A DNA stretch of 63,675 nt, the filler included, from Octopus bimaculoides (lineage: Eukaryota): assembly GCF_001194135.2 (NCBI RefSeq). It is 6 parts of 6 records of this genome, joined end to end, with 100 filler letters (N's around TTAATTAATTAA, not from the genome) between each part and the next. Parts side by side here need not be neighbours in the genome. Positions count along the whole stretch, not along the records: positions 16,542 to 43,048 come from NC_068985.1; positions 43,149 to 53,401 come from NC_069003.1; 4 more parts are not named here. One strand, 5' to 3'. The notes below the pieces were generated by a model. The model did not search any database. It was not told where the DNA came from and was given only the letters and a program-made list of their open reading frames with translations. Positions 38,008 through 49,809 of the stretch are shown one piece after another; position 1 is the stretch's first letter, and every line of letters starts with the position of its first letter. The position numbers and the translations under genes were made by a program.

Positions 38008-38431
38008 CTGTGAGAGTTGGAGGTTGGGAAGCCAACCAACTAAGGGATAGTACTTATCCAATATACTGCTGGTAGTGTGCCCAATTATTCATTCCCAAAT
38101 GCTGGTTATTGCATGGCAATCTCGCAATTGAGAGTCATATATGGGTGAGGGTAAAAAGTGGTTTACCGTTAATTTATACGAAATCCTCCATGCTATCTCC
38201 ATCTCTTCGGTGTTCTGTAGGGATGGGCAGATAAGGTTTGGATGATGAGTGTGCCTCTAAGCTTCTTCAGAGTGTCTAAATGGTTATGAGGCCTAATGCA
38301 TATAATAAACAGTTAACAATAGGTACAATGTATTTGTAGGTAACAATAGGTACAATGTATTTTCACCGCCGCAAAAAATCCCAAATTTTATTTAATTTGG
38401 TTTGCGGGAAGGACTGTTTAACGAAGTCACG

Positions 38432-38620
38432 TCTTCGAAATGCGGAGTAGATAAAACAGGACAACTGATGAAGGGAATGTTCTTTATGTTGCATATCTCG
38501 TTTCTCTGTTTGTTTGTTTTTTTCGTTGTTCGCAAAAAAGTTCGTTTTCTATGTTTTTGGTTTTCATGTTCCCGTTTCTCATTCTATGCACGTTTTTTTG
38601 ATGTCCTATACCCATATATG

Positions 38621-38657
<37 letters not shown>

Positions 38658-38690
38658 GTAGGTATGTACATATATGTATATAAGCATATA
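38432..38690 (+). mobile_element. Repeat family D copy
   Basis: Collinear with 19680-19950. Confidence 0.8.
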
Positions 38691-39834
38691 TATATATATA
38701 TANNNNNNNNNNNNNNNNNNNNNNNNNNNNNNNNNNNNNNNNNNNNNNNNNNNNNNNNNNNNNNNNNNNNNNNNNNNNNNNNNNNNNNNNNNNNNNNNNN
38801 NNNNNNNNNNNNNNNNNNNNNNNNNNNNNNNNNNNNNNNNNNNNNNNNNNNNNNNNNNNNNNNNNNNNNNNNNNNNNNNNNNNNNNNNNNNNNNNNNNNN
38901 NNNNNNNNNNNNNNNNNNNNNNNNNNNNNNNNNNNNNNNNNNNNNNNNNNNNNNNNNNNNNNNNNNNNNNNNNNNNNNNNNNNNNNNNNNNNNNNNNNNN
39001 NNNNNNNNNNNNNNNNNNNNNNNNNNNNNNNNNNNNNNNNNNNNNNNNNNNNNNNNNNNNNNNNNNNNNNNNNNNNNNNNNNNNNNNNNNNNNNNNNNNN
39101 NNNNNNNNNNNNNNNNNNNNNNNNNNNNNNNNNNNNNNNNNNNNNNNNNNNNNNNNNNNNNNNNNNNNNNNNNNNNNNNNNNNNNNNNNNNNNNNNNNNN
39201 NAGAGAGAGAGAGAGATACATACATGCATACCTACATACTAGTTCAGTTGGTCTATTCCTTTGACATGAGCGCAACATTCATGATACTGTCAAAATACCG
39301 TCTGGATTTACCTGGGATTATACTTAAGGACCTCTACCTTCACGGAAGTACGGACCAACCTCCTTACCCCCTGGAAGAAGATGGGCTGTGAACTTTATTC
39401 TGCATTTCTCTATCGTTTTACTCTTTACCCTTCTATATTAATTTATTCCTTTATGAACTGTGATTTCCCTTTCTAGAACTTTCATACTTAGTCACCTTGT
39501 CTCTAATGACGGAATACCCAATACCTATCACTTGACATATCTCAGAAACAGCTGTAAGAAATCCAATAATTAATTAACTAATTAATTCATTAATTACCTC
39601 AGATTCACCTTACTCTTATTCAATATTCTAAATGCCTTGAGATACTCATCCTGCCTTGGTTTTTCTTGTCCTCTTTCCTCTAACATATACCTGCTAACTC
39701 GGAAGCCTACTATGGATCCGTAGCTCCAGCCTCAGCTGTGAACTTGGAACCGAACGGATGACCAATTATAGCAATTACGCAGGGTACCTATTCGTTTAGA
39801 TCACTCGTGTTCTTTACATACATACATACTTATG

Positions 39835-40150
39835 ATAGGGTGTTCAAGAAGTTTTCTGCTTAACTATCATATCCTTGACAACGATCACGAATGACTCTTT
39901 CATTTGATTGACAACACTCACAGGCAGATACCTATTACGCTAATTAACTCTGGCGACAGTGAGATCATATCAAGACAAAGGTCATTGAGTGCTAGTAGCC
40001 TGCTCTCTCGCCCCAATTGCACCAGCTCACACGGTTCGGGTGTCAAAGACGGCCCTACGGGAATATGAATTTCAAGTGATACCTCACTCAGCCTATTCAC
40101 TAGACTTTGTATGAGTTTCACCTGTTTCTAAATTTGAAGGAAGGGCTAAT
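39835..40150 (+). mobile_element. Mariner (DD34D-type) transposase remnant
   Basis: APAHTVRVSKTALREYEFQVIPHSAYSLDF, then EFHLFLNLKEGL after a frameshift. Matches the DNAPAH...HPPYSPDLAPSDFHLF..LK motif. Confidence 0.7.
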
Positions 40151-40815
40151 AGTTCTTCAGTGATGAAGAACTACATTGGATTGCACGTAAGACAGTTATT
40201 GTTTGTGTAAGACAGTCTGTTCCATTTAAATTGCATTGAACAGCTGCACAGGCGATACAAAATGTGTATATAGCCAAGGAGTTTGTTGGAAAAATAAAAG
40301 CATTTGTCAAAAAAAAAAGAAAAAGAAACAGAAATAGAATGAAAAAGAAATAGAAATCTTCTTTCCCTTCTGTCATATAGGCAAATATGTTGGACTAATT
40401 AAATAACACACCTCGTTTGTGTGTGCGTGCGTGTGCGTGCGCGCGCGCGCGTTTGCACATGGGTGTGTTTGCTTACCTGTGTGTGTTTTTGTGTGTCTGT
40501 GTCTGTGTGTTTGCGTATGTGTGCTTGCTTATGTGTGTGTATGTGTTTGTGTTTGCGTGCGTGTGTGTGTGTGTGTTTCTGTCTGTATGTGCGTGCGCGA
40601 GTGCGTGTGTGTATGTTTGCATATATGTGTTTCGTTATATGTGTGTTTGAGTGTGTGTGTTTGCGTGCGTGCGTGCGTGCGTGTGTGTGATTGACAGGTA
40701 GGTAGATAGATAGATAGAGAAGTATAGAGATAGAAGGATAGGGAGGTAAATCAATACACAGCTTTTCCTATATGCATACGTAATTGTATTCACGTCTATA
40801 CAGATCGGGATACGC

Positions 40816-40896
<81 letters not shown>

Positions 40897-40897
<1 letters not shown>

Positions 40898-41050
40898 ATA
40901 GGGAGAATTCACAAAAAAAAAACACGAAGACAGGTGGTGTAGAAAACAAACAGATGTATTAGTATAATGCTCGGGAATTGAAAAAGTTTTTAACGTTTCG
41001 AGCCTACGCTCTTCCACAGAAAGGAACACAGAAAGAAACAAGGACAAACA
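40897..41050 (-). mobile_element. Repeat family E (short, ends in a microsatellite, carries a hammerhead-like motif)
   Basis: Reverse complement is collinear with 57825-57985 over about 150 bp. Confidence 0.85.
40988..41025 (-). ncRNA. Putative minimal type I hammerhead-ribozyme variant
   Basis: Minus strand: UCCUUU-CUGUGGA-A-GAGC-GUAG-GCUC-GAAAC-GU-U-AAA. Has a 4-bp stem II, palindromic ACGU stem III and 3-bp stem I. Core deviates from the canonical CUGAUGA. Confidence 0.5.
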
Positions 41051-41079
41051 ATATATGTGCATATTTGTATGTATATATT

Positions 41080-41310
41080 GTTTTTATCTTATATTCCTCA
41101 TTTGTTTCGGTCACTGGACAGTGGCCATTATGGGGCACCGTCTTGAAGAGTTCTTGTCGAACAAATTGACCTCAGAACTTATGATTTCCCCCTTTGTTTA
41201 AGTTGGGTACTTATTCTATCAGTTACTTTTACTGAACCGCTAAGTTACAAGGATGTAAGCAAACCAACACTGGTTATTAACTGGTGGGATAGAAAAAATA
41301 CAGGCTCAGT

Positions 41311-41365
<55 letters not shown>

Positions 41366-41612
41366 TCATTTACATACATACGCACATACATACACACATG
41401 CATACACAGACACGCTTACACAACATACACACACACACACACATGCATAAAATATGCTACGAGCTTCCACTCAGTTTTTGTCTGCCATACTGACTTACAA
41501 AGTATTAGCCTGCCCAAGATTATAGCAAAAGAAACTCTGCCAAATTAATGCACAATGGGTCTTAAAACCCCATAAACAAGGTGTTTGTAAAGCGAACTTC
41601 ATAACCACTCGG
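41080..41612 (-). mobile_element. Old diverged SINE family A-type copy
   Basis: The same modules appear in the same order, with an internal (CA)n. Confidence 0.7.
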
Positions 41613-41659
41613 CTTTGCTTGCTTAAAAGTTCTTAGCTTTGAGTAAAAGAAAATACAGG

Positions 41660-41826
41660 AGGATTAGTCAATTATGATAGTATTCAACATTTCCCCCTCT
41701 CAGAGTCACACACCTATTGCAACGGTTCTTCAGTTTTTCTAAGCCCTGTATAAAGAACTTGGAAGGTTGGGCCTCCTGCCGAGCCTCTCGCCATAACCTT
41801 AAAACCAGGTGCTTTTTAGCACCCTG
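41660..41826 (-). mobile_element. Mariner-derived MITE (5' TIR plus last transposase codons)
   Basis: QPSKFFIQGLEKLKNRCNRCVTLRGGNVE resembles a mariner C-terminus. Homologous to 56365-56576. Confidence 0.7.
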
Positions 41827-42358
41827 TTCTATTTGCAATATGACTAATTTGTTAAGTTTGCTTTGCAACTTCTTGTTTCGAGTCCGGTATCACTAAGTCG
41901 CATCTTAGGCAAATGCAATTTTCTTTAGCTTCGAATTCTCCCTTACTTTGTGGGTCAGTGTGTGTAGGAGGCGCCTGTGTATGAATTCGTCCGATGGATG
42001 GTATCTGTAATGCAAAGCCGTACCCTTGAAACAAGACTGTTTCACGCTGTGTTGTAATGAATCTGCCTGATGATTACGTTAAGGGAACATCTATCTGTAG
42101 ACTACCAAGCCAATTAGAATTCAATGATCAAGCAAGACTGAATCATCAAACCAACCGACGAAGATCCAACAGTGTAAACATATATGAGTGTTAGTGTATA
42201 TGTTTGCATGAATGAACTTACGTATGTATGTATGTGTATGTTTGTAAGTATGTATGTGTATATGCATACCGAGTGAGGTAAATAACAAGGAAATACGGTT
42301 GTGCATTAATGGATAGATAAAAAGATAAATAAATTGACAGGTAGATTGATAGACAGAC

Positions 42359-42417
<59 letters not shown>

Positions 42418-42538
42418 GAAGTAGAGAGATAGAAAGATCGGAAGGTAAATCAATACACAGCTTTTCCTATATGCATACGTAATTGTATTCACGTCTATAC
42501 AGATCGGGATGCACATGCATACATACATACATATATGC

Positions 42539-42666
<128 letters not shown>

Positions 42667-42992
42667 GTATATGTATATCTATATATTATGCATACAAACA
42701 CTCAGACATATATTTTTATATGTGTGTTTCTATGCATTTATGCATGTATTTGTATGTGTTTATGCCTGTGTATATGTGTGTTTGTGTGTTTGCGTGTGTC
42801 TGTGTGCCGCTGCGTGATTATTCGTGTGTTTACATAAGAGGAATGTTAGGCGTTAGTTAAATAATCCGTTGTTAATGGTTTGTTTCGCTGGCATCACTTT
42901 ATACTTCAGTAAAGCCTTGCCATGCTATTGGTCTACAGAGTCGAGTATGAATGTATAACACACGAAAACATGCATATAAAGAAATTCTTGCA

Positions 42993-43048
<56 letters not shown>

Positions 43049-43340
43049 NNNNNNNNNNNNNNNNNNNNNNNNNNNNNNNNNNNNNNNNNNNNTTAATTAA
43101 TTAANNNNNNNNNNNNNNNNNNNNNNNNNNNNNNNNNNNNNNNNNNNNCTGATGAAGGAAAATGTTCTCTATGTGGCCTGTGTGTGTTCTGTACTCTGGT
43201 TATTATTATTTTTTGTCTACGTTTTGTTTGCAATGTCCTGTACCCAGATATGCACCTATATATACAGGTAGACGTAGGTATGCACATACCTGTATGTATA
43301 TATGCATATAATCATTTATTATTTGTTTTATATATATATA

Positions 43341-43456
43341 CAAAGTTTTAAATTTTTACATTTAAGAGAGAGATCTGACGCTAAATAGGAATAAATTACA
43401 TTGATATGGATATTAACGTCAAATCTCTCTCTTAAATGTAAAAATTTAAAACTTTG
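43341..43456. repeat. 40-bp inverted repeat (39/40) around a 36-nt spacer
   Basis: Arms at 43341-43380 and 43417-43456. Confidence 0.92.
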
Positions 43457-44005
43457 GATATATAAACAAGGAGAATGATCCCTAAGGAGTCTAATTTAGA
43501 TTTTTTTGTGGTGAAATCTCCTGCTATATTGGTAACGATTACATAGTTTACTATGAAAAATTATATATATATATATATATATATATNNNNNNNNNNNNNN
43601 NNNNNNNNNNNNNNNNNNNNNNNNNNNNNNNNNNNNNNNNNNNNNNNNNNNNNNNNNNNNNNNNNNNNNNNNNNNNNNNNNNNNNNNNNNNNNNNNNNNN
43701 NNNNNNNNNNNNNNNNNNNNNNNNNNNNNNNNNNNNNNNNNNNNNNNNNNNNNNNNNNNNNNNNNNNNNNNNNNNNNNNNNNNNNNNNNNNNNNNNNNNN
43801 NNNNNNNNNNNNNNNNNNNNNNNNNNNNNNNNNNNNNNNNNNNNNNNNNNNNNNNNNNNNNNNNNNNNNNNNNNNNNNNNNNNCTGAAGAGAAGGTTACA
43901 ACTTTAACACCACAGATCCCTATGGATCACATAGGTTGTAATCCTTTGAAACATATGTAGGAATAAAGTATGCAATTATAACATGCGTTTTCTCCATTCC
44001 TTAAA

Positions 44006-44042
<37 letters not shown>

Positions 44043-44452
44043 TTATATATATCTTTACTATAAAAAAATAACATCAACAATACAATCACACACATACACG
44101 CTGACTGAGACATATGCACTTACAGTTCCTTCCAGCCTTTCTCTCTACCTCTTCATATTTTCACAACTGTCTAATGAGAGAGGTCAATGGTTAAGGTTGG
44201 TCATTAGTGCAGTGACTGACATTGAGACTAATCTTAAAAAGACTGCCTTAGCTGATGGTCACACACAACAACAACACCACCGCCACTACCACTAACAACA
44301 ACAACAACTACTACTACTACTACCACTACAGTTATAGTAACATCAACAGTGACACACAATGTCACTTTGTCAGTTCCTCTCTCACATTAGTTAAAACTGG
44401 GATACAGAGTCTAAAACATCAACAGACTACTACTACTACTACTACTACTACA

Positions 44453-44487
<35 letters not shown>

Positions 44488-44871
44488 AGTAGCCAGCCAA
44501 ATAACAGTAAAGTAGATCTATGAACGTCAGTAAAGTAGATCTACCGGTTGGTCCTCTACCAAGTGTGTTGGTAAAGTCCACAGTTGAGATTCTAGCAATC
44601 CAGACTGGCTGTAATACCAATATGGTACAGGCGGTGTCTGATGAAGAAGGTAAGTAAAGACCAAGATACTTATATACCTGGCCCTAACACCTTTGTCTCT
44701 CTTCAACACCTTATAACACTGTCTGTATGTAATTGCCCTTATTATTGTAGTTGTTGCTAAATAGTTGCATTTAGGGCTGCTTGCTCAGACCTTTACACAC
44801 ACAATTATGTGTGTGTGTGTGTGTTATGAGATATACACATATATCATATACACACACATACATATATGCTT

Positions 44872-44924
<53 letters not shown>

Positions 44925-44934
44925 CAAACACACA

Positions 44935-46422
44935 CAGGGTGTCCCACCCCAAAAATATATACACATTGAATGAGTATAAATTGAACGTTTATTAAAATAC
45001 ATTTCATTTTCAAAATTTTATACAATCTATGGACAGAATTTGATTATTTTATGAACACCTGTTTTAAAAACTGATAGCCATTCTGGCCAAGGCTGATAAC
45101 ATGAAGCAGTGAAATCATAAATAATAAGAAGAAACGTTTTGTTTGATATTTATGTGCATTCTCATTCAAGTGCAGCCCTCAATTCATGCAATATTGTCAA
45201 TTTTGTACCATAAACTTTATCTTTTAAGTATCTGCATAGTTGTATGGGGTCCAGTTAAACATTGAGGGTATTCTTCTGAACTTCTTTGTCCAGTCCATCT
45301 GTTTGAGAAAGTTCTCATCAAGGTATGTTCTTGCATTGTTATTGCAGTGTTGGAGTGTCCCATCTTGTTAGAAATTAAATTCCACGTCTTCAGATGTTTT
45401 GACTAATTTGCATGACAGGTTGTTACAGTAAGTCCAAGGCGTCAGTCACAGTACTATCATAAAAGAACAGTCTGATTTATCCATTTGATGTAATGCAACA
45501 CCATACTGTAAATCCTACTAAATTAGCATGATGATCTTCCATAATATGCAGATTTTTCAGGTGCCCAGTAGGTGCAAATTTGGTGGTTATTGAGCTATTT
45601 AATTTAATTGTAGCCTCATCACTCCAAAACAAACTGAACATTTTCACGTGTACAAAGTACCACTCACAAAATTCCAATCTTCAGTCCGGACAGACTGTTC
45701 TTGGAATGTCTATTCATGAACTATTCTTGGAATGTAACTTTTCCAGTGACAATGCTTTAAAATGTGACAGGTGCTTCATTTTGAAATTTCTGTCTTGTAA
45801 CTTGCTCACTGCAAAGATTTTCTTCAACTCTGGCTATACATTTCTGGTACCCTTTCTTGCTTTGTGGGACTTGTCAATGTCTGCAGTCTTCTGGAACATT
45901 TTTTGTAGGCATTCCGGAAAGTTCTGTCCACTTCAAACTTATCTCTGATTTGAATGATGGTAAGTCACATACATGGATCTGATCAAAACTCCTTTGTCTT
46001 TGCATCACAACTACATTCTACATTTTCAAACATCCAGTAATACTTTAGGATAATTTCCTTTTTCCAAAGCTTAGTCTAGCTCTATTCATTATTTCTAATG
46101 GGTTAAATCAGTGGTTCTCAATCAGGGTCCAATATGGCTCTTGGAGGCCCATGGAAGATTTTATTGTTAAAATTTATGTACAATAAATTGCTTGTACTTC
46201 TACAATGCACAAAATATTTGGGGGGTCTTTTATGCAATTCCTAATAATATTTAATCATGAAAATACAGTAGGATTTTTATATATATATATATATCAAATG
46301 GCTATGGAGCTACAATCGAGTAAAATAGAAATTGAAGGGGTCCATAGGCAAAAAAATGATCTAGAAATGAAAATCGAGTTCTCAGCTGTTAAAGTGAGTA
46401 TACATTTTTGGGGGACATCCTG
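44935..46422 (-). mobile_element. Tc1/mariner-superfamily element with both TIRs and a decayed transposase
   Basis: TIRs CAGGGTGTCCCACCCCAAAAATATATAC and GTATACATTTTTGGGGGACATCCTG followed by TA. Minus strand gives FWSDEATIKLN, TVWC, QDGT..H...ARTYLDENF and YLKDKVYGTK...ELR-like segments. Confidence 0.85.
46109..46362 (+). mobile_element. hAT MITE family H nested in the Tc1/mariner element
   Basis: Begins CAGTGGTTCTCAATCAGGGTCC; body matches 790-1032; 3' TIR missing. Confidence 0.8.
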
Positions 46423-46747
46423 TATGCTTGTGTGTGTATGTGTAATAATAGTTACATCACAGAACAGTCATCAAAATTTTAAAACACACAAAAATTGTCA
46501 TTTCTTTCTAGAATTGTTTGTTATGTCAGAATGTATGCCACTTCACTTTCTCCGCTGACACAGTTCTGCATCAATTCCACTGCATCTCTACTTTCGTCTC
46601 ATTGAAGTTGCAGTGGATGAAGTAGGTTACAAAAGTACAGGGAAAGATGTACCCCTTTATAATAAATTCCAACATTGTACATAAAGAACTAATGCAACAG
46701 TTTTCATGTTGTTTATAAATTGTTAAAATGACTCCTGTTTCAGTTAA

Positions 46748-46967
46748 CCCTTTTGTTAACAACCCAGCTGAAACCGGCTATGGCTCTGTAGTATAAATGT
46801 CTTGTTTACACAAGTTTTGAATAAAAATCTTCCACCAAACCTTAGTCAAAATTTATGTTCCTAACACTAACTTAATGATAACTAAATTATTTTACTAAAT
46901 TCTTTGTTATATTTAAAATAATTAAAAGAAACACAGAGCATCTCAAAATAATACAGTAACGAAAGGG
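46748..46967. mobile_element. piggyBac-type MITE, 220 bp, with TTAA TSD
   Basis: TTAA|CCCTTTTGTTA ... TAACGAAAGGG|TTAA. Confidence 0.85.
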
Positions 46968-47309
46968 TTAAGCTACTTATCAAACAAATACAATTACAAT
47001 ATTGACCTATTCCTATTTCCTTCATCCATCAACAACAAAATGATATTTACCACTGACCAGGACTCCATCTATGTCCCCCTTTCATTGTGTCCACCTGTCA
47101 CTCATCTTTCATATTCACATAAACTTACCTGCCCCTTTTGATCCTCTGTCCCTGTTCTTTCTCTCGTATTCACCTTGATACCCTGAAGATTCCACCCTCA
47201 CCATTATCTTTCTCTTTCCAGCTGGTGAAGCTATGTACCTCCTCTTCAGCAAGACACCTTATTTCTTGTCCTTCTCAACACCAGTACTACACCCCCATTC
47301 AGTTGAGGG

Positions 47310-47480
47310 GGCTTACCTTGCAAGTCACTTAGTGACATCACTAGAATATTCTTTAAAGTGGTCTGTGTTTCAAAGGGCATCCAGCTATAGAGACCATCCC
47401 AAACAGACATTGGACCTTGGCACATTCCTCTGGCTCTTCTATACTCATGAGACTGTCCAAGACGATGTTAAATGTTAGTG
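47310..47480 (+). mobile_element. RTE-related non-autonomous element fragment
   Basis: AGGGCATCCAGCTATAGA...GATGTTAAATG, homologous to the reverse complement of 49810-49975. Confidence 0.6.
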
Positions 47481-47668
47481 ATATTCCAAAAAGCTATGTA
47501 TCTAGCACTTAATTTGACAGAAATTGTTGTCAGTGGGTGATTTAGCTTAATGGTAGAGTACCCTGGCTGTCTGTTGGCAATTTTTTTTCTGTCTTAAGGG
47601 TAATAATATCAGATCTTTCTGCTGTTTCCACAGCTATACTGCATTTGACATATCATCTTCTTATCTGA

Positions 47669-47705
<37 letters not shown>

Positions 47706-47706
<1 letters not shown>

Positions 47707-47900
47707 CTTTCATCTTATGTTTGTTTCAGTCATTGGACTGCGGTCATGCTGGGGCACAACCTTGAAGGTTTTAGTCAAACAAATCAACTCTAGTACATTT
47801 TTTTTTCAAAGGCTGGTATTTATTTTATCAGTCTTTTTTTTTGTTTTGTCAGACTGCTAAGTGATGGGGACGTAAACAAACCAACACCAGTTGGCAATCC
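47706..47900 (-). mobile_element. SINE family A 3' module, diverged
   Basis: TTTGTTTCAGTCATTGGACTGCGGTCATGCTGGGGCAC...GGGGACGTAAACAAACC. Confidence 0.8.
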
Positions 47901-48097
47901 GGCAGAAACAGTAGGGTGTTGGAATAAATGCTGTGATATTTCTTCCAGCTCTTCACTTTCTAAGTTCAATTCCTGTTAAGATCATTTGTGAAGGTGAGTT
48001 AAAATAAACTAGCCATCAAACTAGCGGCAGTGCTCCAGCATGGCCATAGCCCATGGCTAAAACAATTACCTATTATATCTATCTATCTATCTATCTA

Positions 48098-48252
<155 letters not shown>

Positions 48253-49109
48253 ATATATATATATATATAAACACGCATCCATTAACATATATACACACAC
48301 GCATATATGTATGAAATGAAAATGTGTCATAAACATTTGATCATCTTTACCAACTTCCTCTTCACATAAAATATTCTTATCAAGTCAGCCCAGTGGTGAC
48401 CATCCCCGTTGAGACTAATATTTAGAAATAGGTATGTACAGGATGTAGGAAGCAAAAGCAGTGAACCACGAATTCTTGACTTACCAGCTTCCACCTTTCC
48501 TTTTCACACAAAAGGAAACCTCTACCTGGTTGCTCAGTCTGCTAGAAATAATAGCCAACCACTGACTTAAAGGAAGGATGCATTTGATAAGTTACTCCTA
48601 AATAGACTAAGGCAATACTGTCAGGCCTGGAATGTATTTCATTAAAATCTGGTTTAATAAATTTTGACTTAAGGTTAAACAGGAACAAGTTGCTACACTT
48701 ACACTATTTGTATATAGTCATAAACTGGTGATTCAGTCTGTCCTCAGTCCAATTCAAGTACATGATGTTGATAAGCCTCAAACATGATGAAATATTGGTA
48801 CCCATCGCTCCTGGATAGGACTGGAGGCAAGTTGTCTCACCTGTCTATGACTTCCAAGTGTTTTAACACCCAATGCTGTGTGAGGGAATCATTCCCAGAG
48901 CACTGTATTGCAGCAAACCAGAGAACAAGTAAAACATATATTGACTATATGCAGTTAGTAGCGTTTACAACAATAGTGCGACTTTTAATTCATGATTGAA
49001 TACATCCTACTATATCGTTCTGTGTATATAAACTTGCAAATCCAGGCCAGCATGGAAGGTAGACTTTAAATGATGATGAGGATTAAGAAGTACCTCAGCG
49101 TATTGAACA

Positions 49110-49525
49110 ATCTCTGGCTATTACATAAAGATATCAAATGGGCTAACTGGATGCTCCACAAGGATACTATGAATGGCTTTAATTTCGAAATGGCAGCAAC
49201 ATATGACAAATGAAAGCCTTTATAGAGATCTGCCAAAAGTTAGTGAGAAGATCAGGCAAAGATGACTGTGACAATTTGGTCACTGCATGCACTGCCCTGA
49301 GGTGGAAGCATCCAAATTAGTCTTGTGGAATCCACTTTGTGGTGATGTAAGAAGAGGAAAATATGGTCACTCTTACATCAACAACTTGATTGCAGACACT
49401 TGGCTGGAATGTATCCATGACCTTGAGGCAGTGATGATGGACTGAGAAGTGTGGTGGGTGGACTTTGCTGCTCCTGCAGCCCAGGCTGGAACCTGGCCAT
49501 AATAATAATAATAATCATAATAATA
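49110..49525 (+). mobile_element. 3' end of an RTE-clade LINE with (TAA)n tail
   Basis: Single frame from 49146: TGCSTRIL*MALISKWQQHMTNESLYRDLPKVSEKIRQR*L*QFGHCMHCPEVEASKLVLWNP...RRGK..SYINNL..D. Confidence 0.85.
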
Positions 49526-49809
49526 TTGAAAGATGTACACCCTGACACTTCATCACCACCATCTTTTCTTCCTTTCCAACAGGGGTAACCATCTTTCTCC
49601 TTTACAGTAAGACACCTGTTCCTGTCCCTCTCTCATACTTCAACTTCTCAACACCTGGCAAATATCTGCTGCATCGGAAATCTGCAATGGCTCCATAGCT
49701 ACCATTTCAGCCGTAACTTTGGAGCCTTTAGTAATCCGTTATAGCACTTACCTAGAGCACCTAATCATTTAGATCACCTGTGAACTAAACTCCCATACTT
49801 TGTGTATGT

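Noticed and set aside
38410-38480. Hammerhead-like words in family D (CTTCGAAA...GTA...CTGATGAAG)
   Set aside because: The motif order would need a type II topology, but no stem I can form in any copy. The alternative GAAG/CTTC stem occurs in only one copy.
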